A stretch of 64,000 bases of DNA, from NCBI GenBank assembly GCA_963977015.1, contig CAXBMO010000006.1, positions 1-64,000 on the forward strand. Direction: 5' to 3'. Positions 1-9,643 of the stretch are shown here, piece after piece. The notes under the pieces were generated by a model. The model was not told where the DNA came from. It saw only the letters and a list, made by a program, of their open reading frames with translations, and did no database searches. The stretch is from an uncultured bacterium (GTDB lineage: Bacteria; Verrucomicrobiota; Verrucomicrobiia; Verrucomicrobiales; DEV007). Within the stretch, counting starts at the first letter, position 1. Every line of letters starts with the position of its first letter. The position numbers and the translations under genes were made by a program.

Positions 1-417
1 GTTCCTCGCTCAACCCACGGCTAATTGCTGAGAAAGCCTATCGGCTTGCCGGATTCCCTGGGCGAAGAATTCGTCGAGTTTCTGGAGGAGGCTGGGGTGG
101 GCTACCACCCGAAATGCTTGGACTGACTTCGGTGCTGGCATCCCTTCGGGATGCGAAAATGGGGTTCTGTATTCCATGGGTGTCGCTCGTTCCTCGCTCA
201 ACCCACGGCTAATTGCTGAGAAAGCCTATCGGCTTGACGGATTTCCTGCGGGAGTTCCAAGGTGGTCTTCGCGCATCAGCCTGCCCGCAGGATGCCTGTT
301 TAATTCCTGATTTGATTCCTGATTTGATTCCTGATTTGATTCCTGATTTGATTCAAGGGCCGAACGCGGAGAACCGCGGTCACTCCCACTCGATCGTCCC
401 CACAGATGCGGGCTCAG
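1..417. repeat. Tandem duplicated copies of the transposase 3' end + right REP-like element + downstream flank
   Basis: 62-417 is a near-identical copy of 1225-1559. It holds the last ~21 tnpA codons, the right repeat and the last ~38 nt of the convergent 1521-5900 gene. 1-60 is a further copy of 1352-1411 (GTTCCTCGCTCAACC at 1 and 189, 188-bp period). Confidence 0.95.
303..354. repeat. 12-bp tandem repeat (ATTCCTGATTTG)x4
   Basis: Four perfect units plus ATTC; only one unit in the paralogous copy near 1481. Confidence 0.95.
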
Positions 418-730
418 ATTTATTTGCCCAACCGCTGGTCGATGTGGTTAGCATAGACGGCAGTGAACTCGTCGACCCAATACTCCCGGCTGATTGAAGG
501 TTGTGGCGCCGCGCCATCTCCGCCACGCGCGCGGAGTTCGCCGACCAAGTTTCGCAATCACCGCAATAACAGCGCGATAGTCGTATCGCGTTCGAAAGCG
601 GAGCCTTCACTTCCAGCCCTTCGCTGAGGTGGCGTATGCGGAACTTTTGGGCATCGGTTGGATCAGGGAATGGAATGAACCGCGAATACAATTTACAGAA
701 CCTCAGCCGAAGCCCAAGATTCGTAAGACC

Positions 731-825
731 GGCAAGCCGAAGGCTTGAAAGCCATTAGCCGGGGCTGAGCGAAGCGACACCCCCGGTCTAGAATGCAAAT
801 CCATGCATCCTGGAAGGATGCCAGC
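731..825 (+). repeat. Left triple-hairpin REP-like element flanking the Y1 transposase
   Basis: CAAGCCGAAGGCTTG hairpin, ATTAG + CCGGGG...CCCCGG hairpin, GCATCC...GGATGC hairpin; inverted relative to 1297-1401. Confidence 0.85.
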
Positions 826-845
826 AAATCAACAACGCCAGAAAC

Positions 846-1289
846 ATGTCCACCTACCTGAGCCTTCACTACCACCTGGTATTCTCCACGAAAAACCGCG
901 AACCAATGATTAACGCCGATTGGCAAAGCCGCCTCCACGAATATCTGGGAGGAACGGTCAATGGTTTGGGCGGAAAATCCCAAGGCGTTGGCGGAATCGC
1001 CGACCATGTTCATCTCCTCGTTGGATTGAAATCGACCCATTGCTTGGCGGACTTTCTGCGTGAACTGAAGAAGACCGCATCCGTTTGGGTGCATGATGAA
1101 ATCGGATTGGCTGAATTCGGGTGGCAGGATGGCTATGGTGCTTTCACCGTCAGCCCTACCGCGAGGGTCGGCGTGCAGAAATACATCGCGAACCAAGCCG
1201 AGCATCATCGAACGCGTTCGTTTCGCGAAGAATTCGTCGAGTTTTTGAAGGAGGCTGGGGTGGACTACCACCCGAAATACTTGGACTGA
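846..1289 (+). mobile_element. tnpA: IS200/IS605-superfamily Y1 HUH transposase (REP-associated tyrosine transposase-like), no tnpB
   Basis: HYHLVFSTKNR N-terminus, DHVHLL HUH motif, WQDGYGAF, YIANQ catalytic Tyr helix; 147 aa; intact ORF. Confidence 0.93.
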
Positions 1290-1296
1290 CTTCGGT

Positions 1297-1401
1297 GCTA
1301 GCATCCCTTCGGGATGCGAAAATGGGATTCTGTATTCCGTGGGTGTCGCTCGTTCCTCGCTCAACCCACGGCTAATTGCTGAGAAAGCCTATCGGCTTGC
1401 C
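1297..1401 (-). repeat. Right triple-hairpin REP-like element
   Basis: GCATCCCTTCGGGATGC, CCGTGGG...CCCACGG+CTAAT and AAGCCTATCGGCTT; its reverse complement aligns with 731-825. Confidence 0.85.
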
Positions 1402-1520
1402 GGATTTCCTGCGGGAGTTCCAGGGTGTCCTTCGCGCATCAGCCTTCGCGCATCAGGCTGTTCGCAGGATGCTTGTTTAGTTCCTGATTTGATTCAAGGG
1501 CCGAACGCGGAGAACCGCCA

Positions 1521-4500
1521 TCATTCCCACTCGATCGTCCCCCATAGATGCGGGCTCAGCTTCGCTTCGGAGGGCACGTCGGCGGTGATGGCGGTGGCCT
1601 TGTTGCTCCAGTAGCTGCGGGCCGTGGTGCGGAAGCCCTCGCCGCGCAGGATGCCGATGTCGCCCTTGAGCTTGAGGCCGGGTTTGGGGTTGAGGCCGAG
1701 CACGCTGAGCGGAATCGAGATTTCGTAGTTGCCGCTTTCGTTGGCGGCGAGTTGGACCTGATCGCTGACGTCATCGACGCGGTCGAAGGTCAGGCTCCAG
1801 ACCGGTGAGACGAAGGGGATCTTCGCGGCTTCACCGGTTCCGGAAACCACGGCGCGGTAGAGAAGCGCGCGGGTTTCGCCGTCAACCTGGGTGATGAGCA
1901 GGCGCAGGTCGCCTTCGGCCGGTTGCTGGCGTTTGGGATCGGCTGCCGGGTCGGTGGCGAGCATCAAATCCAGCGCGCCACCGGTCTTGAAAAGCGTGTT
2001 GGGGATTTCACCGGAATTCTGCAGCAACTTGCCGTCGCGCGTGTCCCAGGCTGCGTAGAGGTGGGTTTCGTCCGCGGCGATCGCACCCTGAATGTGGTAG
2101 GGCTTGGAGTTGGAGTTGAAATTGGCGCCGTCGCCGCGCCGGTCGATCTCGACCCATTCCGCGGTCGTCCAGTCGTCGAGTTTCCCATCGAGGTTGGGGG
2201 GCGTTTCGCGGATCGCGGCGTGGAGGATTCCGCTGCCGAAAGCCTTTTGCCGGGCAGCTTCGCGCTCCTCGACGAAGCGTTGGGAGTCCTGCAGGTCCCT
2301 GGTGGTAACGTCGATGCTCATCCGAGAAATCGGGCGCAGGGATTCGAGTCCATCGAGCCGCAGCAGGCTCGTGTTTGAGCCATCCAGAAGATAGATCCTG
2401 CCGTCCGGCGTCTGATTGATCGACGGCCAGAAGTTTTCGTCGTGCAGGGTCAGGCCTTCGAGGCTCATGTTGCGTTCGGCAACCGGCATTTTCCACGCCT
2501 TACCGAGGCGGGAGTCGGCGAAGACCGTGGAGACGAAGAGACCGTCACGGGTGAAGAGGTAGAAGTTCCCCATGTTGGCGTTGAGCGCGAAGAGCGGGCC
2601 GACTTCCGCGCCTTTCGGCTCGATGAATCCGCCCATGAGCCGGGTCGGGCCAATGAGTTGTCCAGGCGCATCCGGTTTCGCCGCATGATGCGAGGCGTGC
2701 AGGCCAGGCCAGGGATTGGGGTAGCTCCAGACCGGCTTGCCGGCCTTCGTGCCGCAAATCGAGTGGCTGTGAAACGGTTCGACGCCGAGTGTGATGATGA
2801 CTTCGTCGCTGTCGTCGGCCAGAACCTGGGCGCCGCCGGTGGATTTCGGGGACTGCACCCCTTCGGTCAGCACTTCGCCTGCTTTCAGATCATAAGCCGG
2901 AACTCCGGTTTTGGAAAAGCCTGTGGGACGGAATCGCAGGGCCCGTTCTCCATCGACTTGCGCGACACAGAACGACAGATCCGGCATCACCGTGAAGCCT
3001 CGCGCGGGGGCACGGGTCATCTCGATCTCTTCAGGTTGCATCAACGCATCGCCGTTCTGATCCATCCAGAGATACATTGCCTGATTGATCCCATCCCTCC
3101 CACGATCCTGTGAGGGCGTGGTTCCTTCCGGCCAACTGGGATGAAACCGTTCTTCCAGCAGCATCGGCCAGTCGTTCGCCACGCCCATTCCGGCAACTGG
3201 TTGGGCGACATTGTCGCGATCGAGAAAGACGAGCACATTGGAAGATCCATTGGTGGGGCTACTATTGTAGCAGTTGGTGAAATAGCGGCGACCCTCGTGG
3301 TAAATCGCGGTTTCGGGGGCACAGATGCGGGTGTTCAGGGGGAGCGTGTCAGGGCCCGTTCGAAACAGGATGTTGGTTAACTCCGAGGTGCCCTTTTCCC
3401 AATCGAGCCGGAACTCCAGGGTGCCCCGGTGTTCGTCGGCGTAGTAGAATTTGGACTTATCCCGAGGATCGAGCATTCCCCCGCCGCCGTATTTCGCGGG
3501 GCCGTAAACGGCGTTGACCAATTTACCGTCCAGCGTCCAAACGCTGACGCGCTTGGGGGTGTAATCGTGCTCGGTGACCCAAAGCTGGTTCTTCGAATCG
3601 ATCGCCAGACCAGCGGGATGATTCATGTGGTGCGGTTCGTAGGGACCGGCTTTCGGCTTGCCGGGTTTGCCGATTTCGCGAACCAGCTTCCCGTCCGGCG
3701 AGAACACTTTGACTTGGTGACTGTCGCCGTGGTCGCTGACGTAAATCCGGCCCTCGGCGTCGAGCGTGAGGCCGAGGGGATCTTCCAGGCCGTTCGAAAC
3801 GACGGTCGTCGATTTGTCCCCGTCCAATTGCAAAACCCGGTTTTCCGAGATCACAAACAGGCGTCCGTCCGGCGAAAATTTGATCCCGCGCGGGTTGTCC
3901 ACGTTCAGCTCACCCAAAATCTCGCCCGAAGCCGCATCGATTCGCAGAATCCGGTTCGAAAACCGGAGCGCGCAGGCGATGATCCCGTTGTGGGCGGTGA
4001 TGCCGCCGACCGACTCCAGCTTGTGCTCGAACGCTTCCTCCGGCTCCCCTTCGAGGATCCCTTTGTAAACCTGCCGGGCGTTGAGCTGGTTCCCGGATCC
4101 CAATTCCAGCGCACTGACCCGCAATTCCATGATTCCCGTGCCTTTGCCGGTTTCCCATGGCGAAGCGACGTAAGCCGCGATATTGGCATCTGCCTCCGGA
4201 CCGGTATCGCGCCCCAGGTGCGGCGCCGCGGTCCAGTTTCCGCCGATCCACTTCATCCCGCCGCGTTTGGTTCCGTCGAGATCGACCCAGGCGAACCCGT
4301 CAGGCCCTTCGGTGATGTAGCTGCCCAGAAAGACTGACGGCTCGCCAGTCGGGGAATGTGTGGCGGGCACGAACACCGCAGCGGACGGCGCGGAATGGTT
4401 CGCGAGCCAGCCTCCGGTGTGGTCCGGCAAGGGCCAGGGTGGGTTCCCGGAATTGTAAGCCGAAAATTCATAGAACGCCTCGATCTCCTTCCGCCAAAGT

Positions 4501-5900
4501 CCGCGCGCGGTGTATTTTCCCGGTTCAACGAATCGCGCCGGGATGCTATAGAGCCCGTGGTTGGCGGCGCCGAGATCGCGGTCCAGATCGTGCGTTCCGT
4601 CCCACCAGGCCGTGTTGTCGCCGGCCGGGAACCTGGTTTCCGATACCAGGTTCCGCACCCGTTTTCCGGTCGAGTCTTCGATCACGAGCGTCACGTAACC
4701 AGCTTCCGGAAGGTTGAAGCGAATTGGGATTGGCGGATGCGGTCCTTCGACCGAAACCTGCTCGACGCTCGGGGCTGCGATCGCCCCATCGCCCAAATCC
4801 TGCAGCGCCATCAGCTCACCGAGCCAGACGCGTTTTCCGTCGGCGGGGCGGCGTTGCACGTGGGGGTGATTTACCGGGGTAACCGCGGTCATGCGCAAGC
4901 GAAGGGCCCGGGTTTGGACCGTTTCGTCGAACGCGAACACGTTCGGCCAGAGCGATACCGGGTAGCCGCATTCGAATCCTGCCACCGATTTCACCGTTTC
5001 CCAATCCTGGCTCGAGGCATCGCGTGGATGCCGTTCATCCGGGCAACGATAGGCCTGAATCTCCGCTGCGCCGAATCCCGCCCAAAGCGCCGCGACTCCG
5101 TCCAGATCGACCGGCTCCGCCCAGGTGAGCAGAATCCACTCGGCCTGCTCCGCGGAAACCAGCGGAAGGGTTTCCAAGGAGGGGCTGTTTTCCTCCACGT
5201 TCTGCCAACTGCCCCAGCCATCCCGCAATCCGTTGTTCAGCAAATTCGCGTGCTTCTGATCGGCGCTCGCCGCGGGAATCGCTTGGGCCGCCAGGTTGAT
5301 CAATCGTTCCTGCAAAACCACCGCGCCGCCCAACCAGCCATCGTAAACCGGGTCGGCCGGCTCAGCTTCGTGGGAGAAACGCAGCGCGCGGGCCGTCGTT
5401 CCCGCCGGAAAAACCCAGAGCGCGTATTCGTCCCGCTCCGCCTGCGCGGTCGTGACCGCGTTTCCAGCGAGTCGCTGGCCGGGAGTCCACGCATCGTCGT
5501 TGTCCAGTTTCGCCGGATAACCCGCATCCGCTTTCAGCGCGCTCACGCGAATGTTTCCCCGCGTCAACACCGTGCCCACCGGAATGGTCTCGGTAAAACC
5601 AATGCGCAAATGGCGCAGACCGGGCGTTTTCGATGTTCCGAACGCGATCCCACTGTGGCCGGGTTTGGAGTTCGTCGTCCAGATGACCCAACCGGGCCCC
5701 CTCGACGCCCCGTTTGGATCCTGCACTTTCTGTTCGCGCCCCCCATCCCATTCCGCGAAGGAATCTGCATCAAAAAGTTCAGCCCGGATGGGCGTGTTGG
5801 TCGCTTTTCCCGGGAGCGGAAACTCAGCCGCTGGCAGAATTGCGATTCCAATGAAAATGAGGATTTGGCAGTGGAATGCACAACAGAGGGGTTTGTTCAT
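1521..5900 (-). CDS. Large secreted multidomain protein (discoidin-like N-terminus, FlgD Ig-like domain, NHL beta-propeller, C-terminal CBM9-like domain)
   Basis: IRFNLPEAGYVTLVIEDSTGKRVRNL...AWWDG (FlgD-Ig); PLGLTLDAEGRIYVSD and PAGLAIDSKNQLWV (NHL); LDGKLDDW...YEISIPLSVLG (CBM9-like); start chosen at MNKPL. Confidence 0.8.
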   Translation of the reverse strand: MNKPLCCAFHCQILIFIGIAILPAAEFPLPGKATNTPIRAELFDADSFAEWDGGREQKVQDPNGASRGPGWVIWTTNSKPGHSGIAFGTSKTPGLRHLRIGFTETIPVGTVLTRGNIRVSALKADAGYPAKLDNDDAWTPGQRLAGNAVTTAQAERDEYALWVFPAGTTARALRFSHEAEPADPVYDGWLGGAVVLQERLINLAAQAIPAASADQKHANLLNNGLRDGWGSWQNVEENSPSLETLPLVSAEQAEWILLTWAEPVDLDGVAALWAGFGAAEIQAYRCPDERHPRDASSQDWETVKSVAGFECGYPVSLWPNVFAFDETVQTRALRLRMTAVTPVNHPHVQRRPADGKRVWLGELMALQDLGDGAIAAPSVEQVSVEGPHPPIPIRFNLPEAGYVTLVIEDSTGKRVRNLVSETRFPAGDNTAWWDGTHDLDRDLGAANHGLYSIPARFVEPGKYTARGLWRKEIEAFYEFSAYNSGNPPWPLPDHTGGWLANHSAPSAAVFVPATHSPTGEPSVFLGSYITEGPDGFAWVDLDGTKRGGMKWIGGNWTAAPHLGRDTGPEADANIAAYVASPWETGKGTGIMELRVSALELGSGNQLNARQVYKGILEGEPEEAFEHKLESVGGITAHNGIIACALRFSNRILRIDAASGEILGELNVDNPRGIKFSPDGRLFVISENRVLQLDGDKSTTVVSNGLEDPLGLTLDAEGRIYVSDHGDSHQVKVFSPDGKLVREIGKPGKPKAGPYEPHHMNHPAGLAIDSKNQLWVTEHDYTPKRVSVWTLDGKLVNAVYGPAKYGGGGMLDPRDKSKFYYADEHRGTLEFRLDWEKGTSELTNILFRTGPDTLPLNTRICAPETAIYHEGRRYFTNCYNSSPTNGSSNVLVFLDRDNVAQPVAGMGVANDWPMLLEERFHPSWPEGTTPSQDRGRDGINQAMYLWMDQNGDALMQPEEIEMTRAPARGFTVMPDLSFCVAQVDGERALRFRPTGFSKTGVPAYDLKAGEVLTEGVQSPKSTGGAQVLADDSDEVIITLGVEPFHSHSICGTKAGKPVWSYPNPWPGLHASHHAAKPDAPGQLIGPTRLMGGFIEPKGAEVGPLFALNANMGNFYLFTRDGLFVSTVFADSRLGKAWKMPVAERNMSLEGLTLHDENFWPSINQTPDGRIYLLDGSNTSLLRLDGLESLRPISRMSIDVTTRDLQDSQRFVEEREAARQKAFGSGILHAAIRETPPNLDGKLDDWTTAEWVEIDRRGDGANFNSNSKPYHIQGAIAADETHLYAAWDTRDGKLLQNSGEIPNTLFKTGGALDLMLATDPAADPKRQQPAEGDLRLLITQVDGETRALLYRAVVSGTGEAAKIPFVSPVWSLTFDRVDDVSDQVQLAANESGNYEISIPLSVLGLNPKPGLKLKGDIGILRGEGFRTTARSYWSNKATAITADVPSEAKLSPHLWGTIEWE

Positions 5901-6440
5901 GTACGTCGGACTATCGGCAGGAAACGGAGAATGCAACCTAGGAAATTGGTAAGGTTCTTGCGGGCAGTTTGTTGGCATGAAGCGGTTGGAAAAAAAGGGT
6001 TCCGTCCGGCTAATGATCGAAGGAAAAAAGCCTGGCGCCCCAAGGCAATTCTCTAACGAGCTCCATCCCCCTCAATCGGCAGAACGTGGCATTCTCCATG
6101 AATCTCTAATCCCTTGTCTCGCGATCGCCGACGTTTGGCTGGCTCGCCAAGTGAAGGGGCTTATCGGTTGCTCATCAACGTTTCGTCGAGAGAGGTGGAC
6201 GGGGTGATAAGTTTCATAAATAAGAGCAAAAAGAGAAAGTTTTCCCAAAAATGGCTTGTTTTTGCTGTGAAAATTTAAGAAACACCATAAATTGAAACGC
6301 TGAGTTTTGCGGCGCCAGGCGGTTGTTGTGCGTCATCGGTTTTCGCTGACTGCATTGCAAAAACGTTACGTTTGCCCGGCAATTTACGTTTGACTTCCAA
6401 CTATCCGTATCCGAACCACCGAAAGAAACCAATCCACCCA

Positions 6441-7187
6441 ATGGCAATACACACACTAATGAAACCCACACACACAGATTTTCTAAAAACCGCCGCCGCC
6501 GCGCTCGCTTTTGTCGCGCTTCCAGTTCTGAACGCCGTTGCTGGCGACGACAGCAAGCTGGTGATTGAAGCCCAGGAACTCTACGAAGACGCTGTCGCCG
6601 ACGGTATTGCCACCCCTTACATCGCACCGCTTAGCTCCGATCCGGAGGGCCCACAGTATCTCTGGGGCGGACTCGACCCAATCGAAGTGATCAAGGTTCA
6701 CGAAAGCAAGATCGCGGACGACCCTGGTCAAACGCTCTTCATCTCGCGCAGTGGTTCCACTCTGGGCAGCCCGGACTTTCCTTTGCAGGTGCCGATCTAC
6801 GACGGAGGCCCGAGCGAGACGGCTCTCTTCAAGTCGGCCGAAAACCGCACTCAGTACGAGCAAATGATGGCTGAGGGAACGCTCCTCGTCACCTTCGGGC
6901 TGAATTGCCATTGGGGAATCATCAGCGGTCCAGCGACTAACTTTACGGGTCATTCGCACTGGGCGCAGCCTGGTCTCGCCGCGATCGTGGTGGATACGAT
7001 CAAGGTGAAGAATCCTGATACCAAGAAGAACGTCAACGTGACCGTGGTCGGTGCGAATCTTTACAGCCGGGGTGATGACTGGAACGCGACCAAGAAGCGT
7101 TGGCAGTATGCAGTGGAAGCCTTCCTGCTCCTCGATGAGCATTGGGAGCGCAAACGCGTTGGGATGCCGATTCTCCAGGTCAACTGA
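6441..7187 (+). CDS. Hypothetical secreted protein
   Basis: Signal-peptide-like N-terminus, typical codon usage, own terminator; start 6441 or 6459. Confidence 0.8.
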   Translation: MAIHTLMKPTHTDFLKTAAAALAFVALPVLNAVAGDDSKLVIEAQELYEDAVADGIATPYIAPLSSDPEGPQYLWGGLDPIEVIKVHESKIADDPGQTLFISRSGSTLGSPDFPLQVPIYDGGPSETALFKSAENRTQYEQMMAEGTLLVTFGLNCHWGIISGPATNFTGHSHWAQPGLAAIVVDTIKVKNPDTKKNVNVTVVGANLYSRGDDWNATKKRWQYAVEAFLLLDEHWERKRVGMPILQVN

Positions 7188-7221
7188 TCGGAGATTCCGC
7201 CAAAAATCCTCTAAGTTTCTG

Positions 7222-7251
7222 AAAGCGCCTCCGAAAGGGGGCGCTTTTTTT
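7222..7251 (+). terminator. Rho-independent terminator
   Basis: AAAGCGCCTCC-GAAA-GGGGGCGCTTT stem followed by a T run. Confidence 0.9.
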
Positions 7252-7355
7252 GTTATTCTCCGTCGAGCCAGCACCGCTCTTGACCACGGACCGGTGCGAG
7301 CGATAATCCATTTTCCGGCTCGTTGAAAATAACCCCCATGATTGATCACTTTAGG

Positions 7356-9287
7356 ATGAAGCCCATGATTCGTAGCAAGAAGATGTCCCTGCTTTTCCTC
7401 GCCGCGCTTTCGGTCCTGTCATTGAACCTCACCGCCGCCGAAGATTTCCGGCTCGCCGATATTTTTCGGGACGGGGCGGTGTTGCAGCGGGACAAGCCCG
7501 TTCCGGTTTGGGGATGGGGGACGGCCAACGAGGCGGTGGAGGTGACCTTTGCTGGTCAGAAGAAGGTGGGCCGCGCGGATGCGGACGGTTATTGGAAGGT
7601 CGAACTCGATCCGATGAAGGCGAACACCGAAGGGCAGCCGCTCACGGCGAGATCCGGCGAAACGAGCCTGATCATCGACGATGTCGTGGTGGGCGAGGTT
7701 TGGATCGCGGCCGGGCAATCGAACATGAATCACGGCGGACCGGATCGCGATACGGGCTATTACCCGTTCTACCAATCGCCGGAAAACGAAGCGGAACTTC
7801 CCCGGGTGCGTCATCGCAGATTTGGTTATGGGGCCTCGCTGGAACCACAGGACGATGTCCAGGCCATGTTCCGGGCTGAGGATGCGCGTTGGGAGAAAAC
7901 GGAAGACTATCCGGAAGGCAGCTCGACGAACATGGCCCAGTATTTCGCCCGGGTTCTCCGGGATGAACTGAAGGTGCCGGTGGGGATCATTCACGTGGCG
8001 GTGTCGGGGACCAACCAGACGGCGTGGATGCCGAAGGAAGTTCTGGAAACCTTTCCCGGCAAAGCGCCGCATGAGAACTATTACCAACAATACCTGGCGG
8101 AGAAAGAGTCCAAGTTGCAGGGCAAAATCAAGAGTTGGGACGATTTTCTCGCGGTGGAGAAGGAATGGGCGGAGAACGGCGCCGAGGGCTTGTGGCCGGG
8201 CCGTGGAATGACCTACGCCAATTTCCCGACTGCGCTCTACAACACCCGGATTCATCCCCTCGCGCCCTATGCCATTCGCGGGGTCATCTGGCACCAGGGC
8301 GAGGGCGGCCCATTTGGTCCCTATGCCGAACGGATGGTGGCCAAGGTCGAGCATTGGCGGAAGCTTTTTGGTCAGGATTTCCATTACATCTGGGGAACTC
8401 TCAGCAAATCGAGCTCCGGCCAGCCGCCTCTGTTTCCGGCGGAAGGCAGCTTTTACCGTTCGAATCAGAACGGGAGCCTGCGAAAGGCACTGGAGGTGTT
8501 CGGTGACGATCCCAACGTTGAATTCGTGGAGCTCTATGATCTGGGGAACGAAGACACCCACTTCGCGCTCAAGGCCGAAGGCGGGCGGCGCATGGCGTTG
8601 GCCGCGCTGTCCCAGGTTTATGGGAAGAACGATGTCCTCTACACCGCTCCGCGCCTCGTGGAGTCTTCGATCGAAGGCGGCAAGGCGATCCTGAAATTCG
8701 ATCACATCGGCGAAGGCCTCATCTACGAGCCGACGATCAACGGGATCAGCGGGTTCTATGTTTTCGACGGCAAAACTCCGGCCTGGGGCGACGTGAAATT
8801 GCTGGATCAACAAACCGTCGAGGTGACTTATCCCGGCGGCGGTTCCCTGAAAACCGTGGGTTATGGCAATGCCACAAATCCTCACGAAACCTTGTTCAAC
8901 AGGGATCGCATCCCTGCTTCCCCGTTTGCGGTGAAGGACGGGGAGGTCAAAACCCAAAGTGCCGAACAGTCCTATGAATTGATCAAACCGCTCGAGCCGC
9001 TCGGTGGCGCCAAACTCCACGTTGCCCATGTGCGGCGCGGAGGATACATCTTCGAAATTCGGGGCAACAGCCGAGCCAAGCCCCCGGAGAAGGCGTTGAT
9101 GCGATGCTTCGTCTCCCCGGAATGGTCTGGTGTTGCGGTGGAGGCGGAGGGAGAAGAGCTTCCGTGTGAAGAGGTGACCGAGAACGGCCAAAAATTCGTT
9201 ACCTTCAAGGCCCCGACGAAAGCGAAACGCATCCTGGTGGCGGATCCGGACAGTCTGGACGCGCTCCGCGTTGTTGATCGGTTTTAG
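7356..9287 (+). CDS. Sialate O-acetylesterase-family (SASA/SGNH) esterase
   Basis: VLQRDKPVPVWGW, GEVWIAAGQSNM, RGVIWHQGE motifs; signal peptide; start uncertain (7338/7356/7365). Confidence 0.88.
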   Translation: MKPMIRSKKMSLLFLAALSVLSLNLTAAEDFRLADIFRDGAVLQRDKPVPVWGWGTANEAVEVTFAGQKKVGRADADGYWKVELDPMKANTEGQPLTARSGETSLIIDDVVVGEVWIAAGQSNMNHGGPDRDTGYYPFYQSPENEAELPRVRHRRFGYGASLEPQDDVQAMFRAEDARWEKTEDYPEGSSTNMAQYFARVLRDELKVPVGIIHVAVSGTNQTAWMPKEVLETFPGKAPHENYYQQYLAEKESKLQGKIKSWDDFLAVEKEWAENGAEGLWPGRGMTYANFPTALYNTRIHPLAPYAIRGVIWHQGEGGPFGPYAERMVAKVEHWRKLFGQDFHYIWGTLSKSSSGQPPLFPAEGSFYRSNQNGSLRKALEVFGDDPNVEFVELYDLGNEDTHFALKAEGGRRMALAALSQVYGKNDVLYTAPRLVESSIEGGKAILKFDHIGEGLIYEPTINGISGFYVFDGKTPAWGDVKLLDQQTVEVTYPGGGSLKTVGYGNATNPHETLFNRDRIPASPFAVKDGEVKTQSAEQSYELIKPLEPLGGAKLHVAHVRRGGYIFEIRGNSRAKPPEKALMRCFVSPEWSGVAVEAEGEELPCEEVTENGQKFVTFKAPTKAKRILVADPDSLDALRVVDRF

Positions 9288-9312
9288 AGGAGGTGGCCAA
9301 TCAGCCCGAAAT

Positions 9313-9380
9313 GTAGTGCGGAGATTTCTCCGCAATTTCGCAATTCCGGAAATTTCAATGCGGAGAAATCTCCGCACTAC
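9313..9380. repeat. Canonical GTAG-type REP doublet (REPIN)
   Basis: GTAGTGCGGAGATTTCTCCGCA (9313-9334) and its perfect inverted copy (9359-9380); each arm is GTAG plus a hairpin. Confidence 0.85.
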
Positions 9381-9403
9381 GCGCCCGAATGGGTTGCCAA
9401 CGC

Positions 9404-9502
9404 GCTGCGATCCCTCTTGGGATCGTTCGTTGTCGTTCCACCCTTCCGGTGGTGTCGCTGGCGCTCGACCACCGGCTAATGGCTTGGGTCCCTTCGGGAT
9501 CC
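9404..9502 (-). repeat. Solo triple-hairpin REP-like element of the tnpA-flanking family
   Basis: CGATCCC...GGGATCG, CCGGTGG...CCACCGG+CTAAT, GGTCCCTTCGGGATC; same order as 1297-1401. Confidence 0.8.
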
Positions 9503-9643
9503 CGGTCGGAGGACCTCGCGGGTCGGCAGCCTTCCTCAATTCCATCGACCAGTTTGACCCGACGTTGAGTTGGCGACTCGAAAAACGCTTCGTTGAGGCG
9601 ACCGATGATTGACTCTCCAGCCCTGCCGTTCAGACTCATCAAA

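Noticed and set aside
1..417. CRISPR-like array next to a nuclease-type gene
   Set aside because: Units are ~188-bp duplicates with no unique spacers, and there are no cas genes.
420..560. Minus-strand fragment ...SISREYWVDEFTAVYANHIDQRLGK*
   Set aside because: May be a gene remnant, but it is interrupted by a stop and I cannot assign a family.
10..1614. ORFs 10-201, 213-497, 380-691, 693-1364, 1121-1375, 1339-1614
   Set aside because: They are translations of repeats or antisense/overlapping frames of tnpA; the IPDL repeat is just the 12-bp VNTR.
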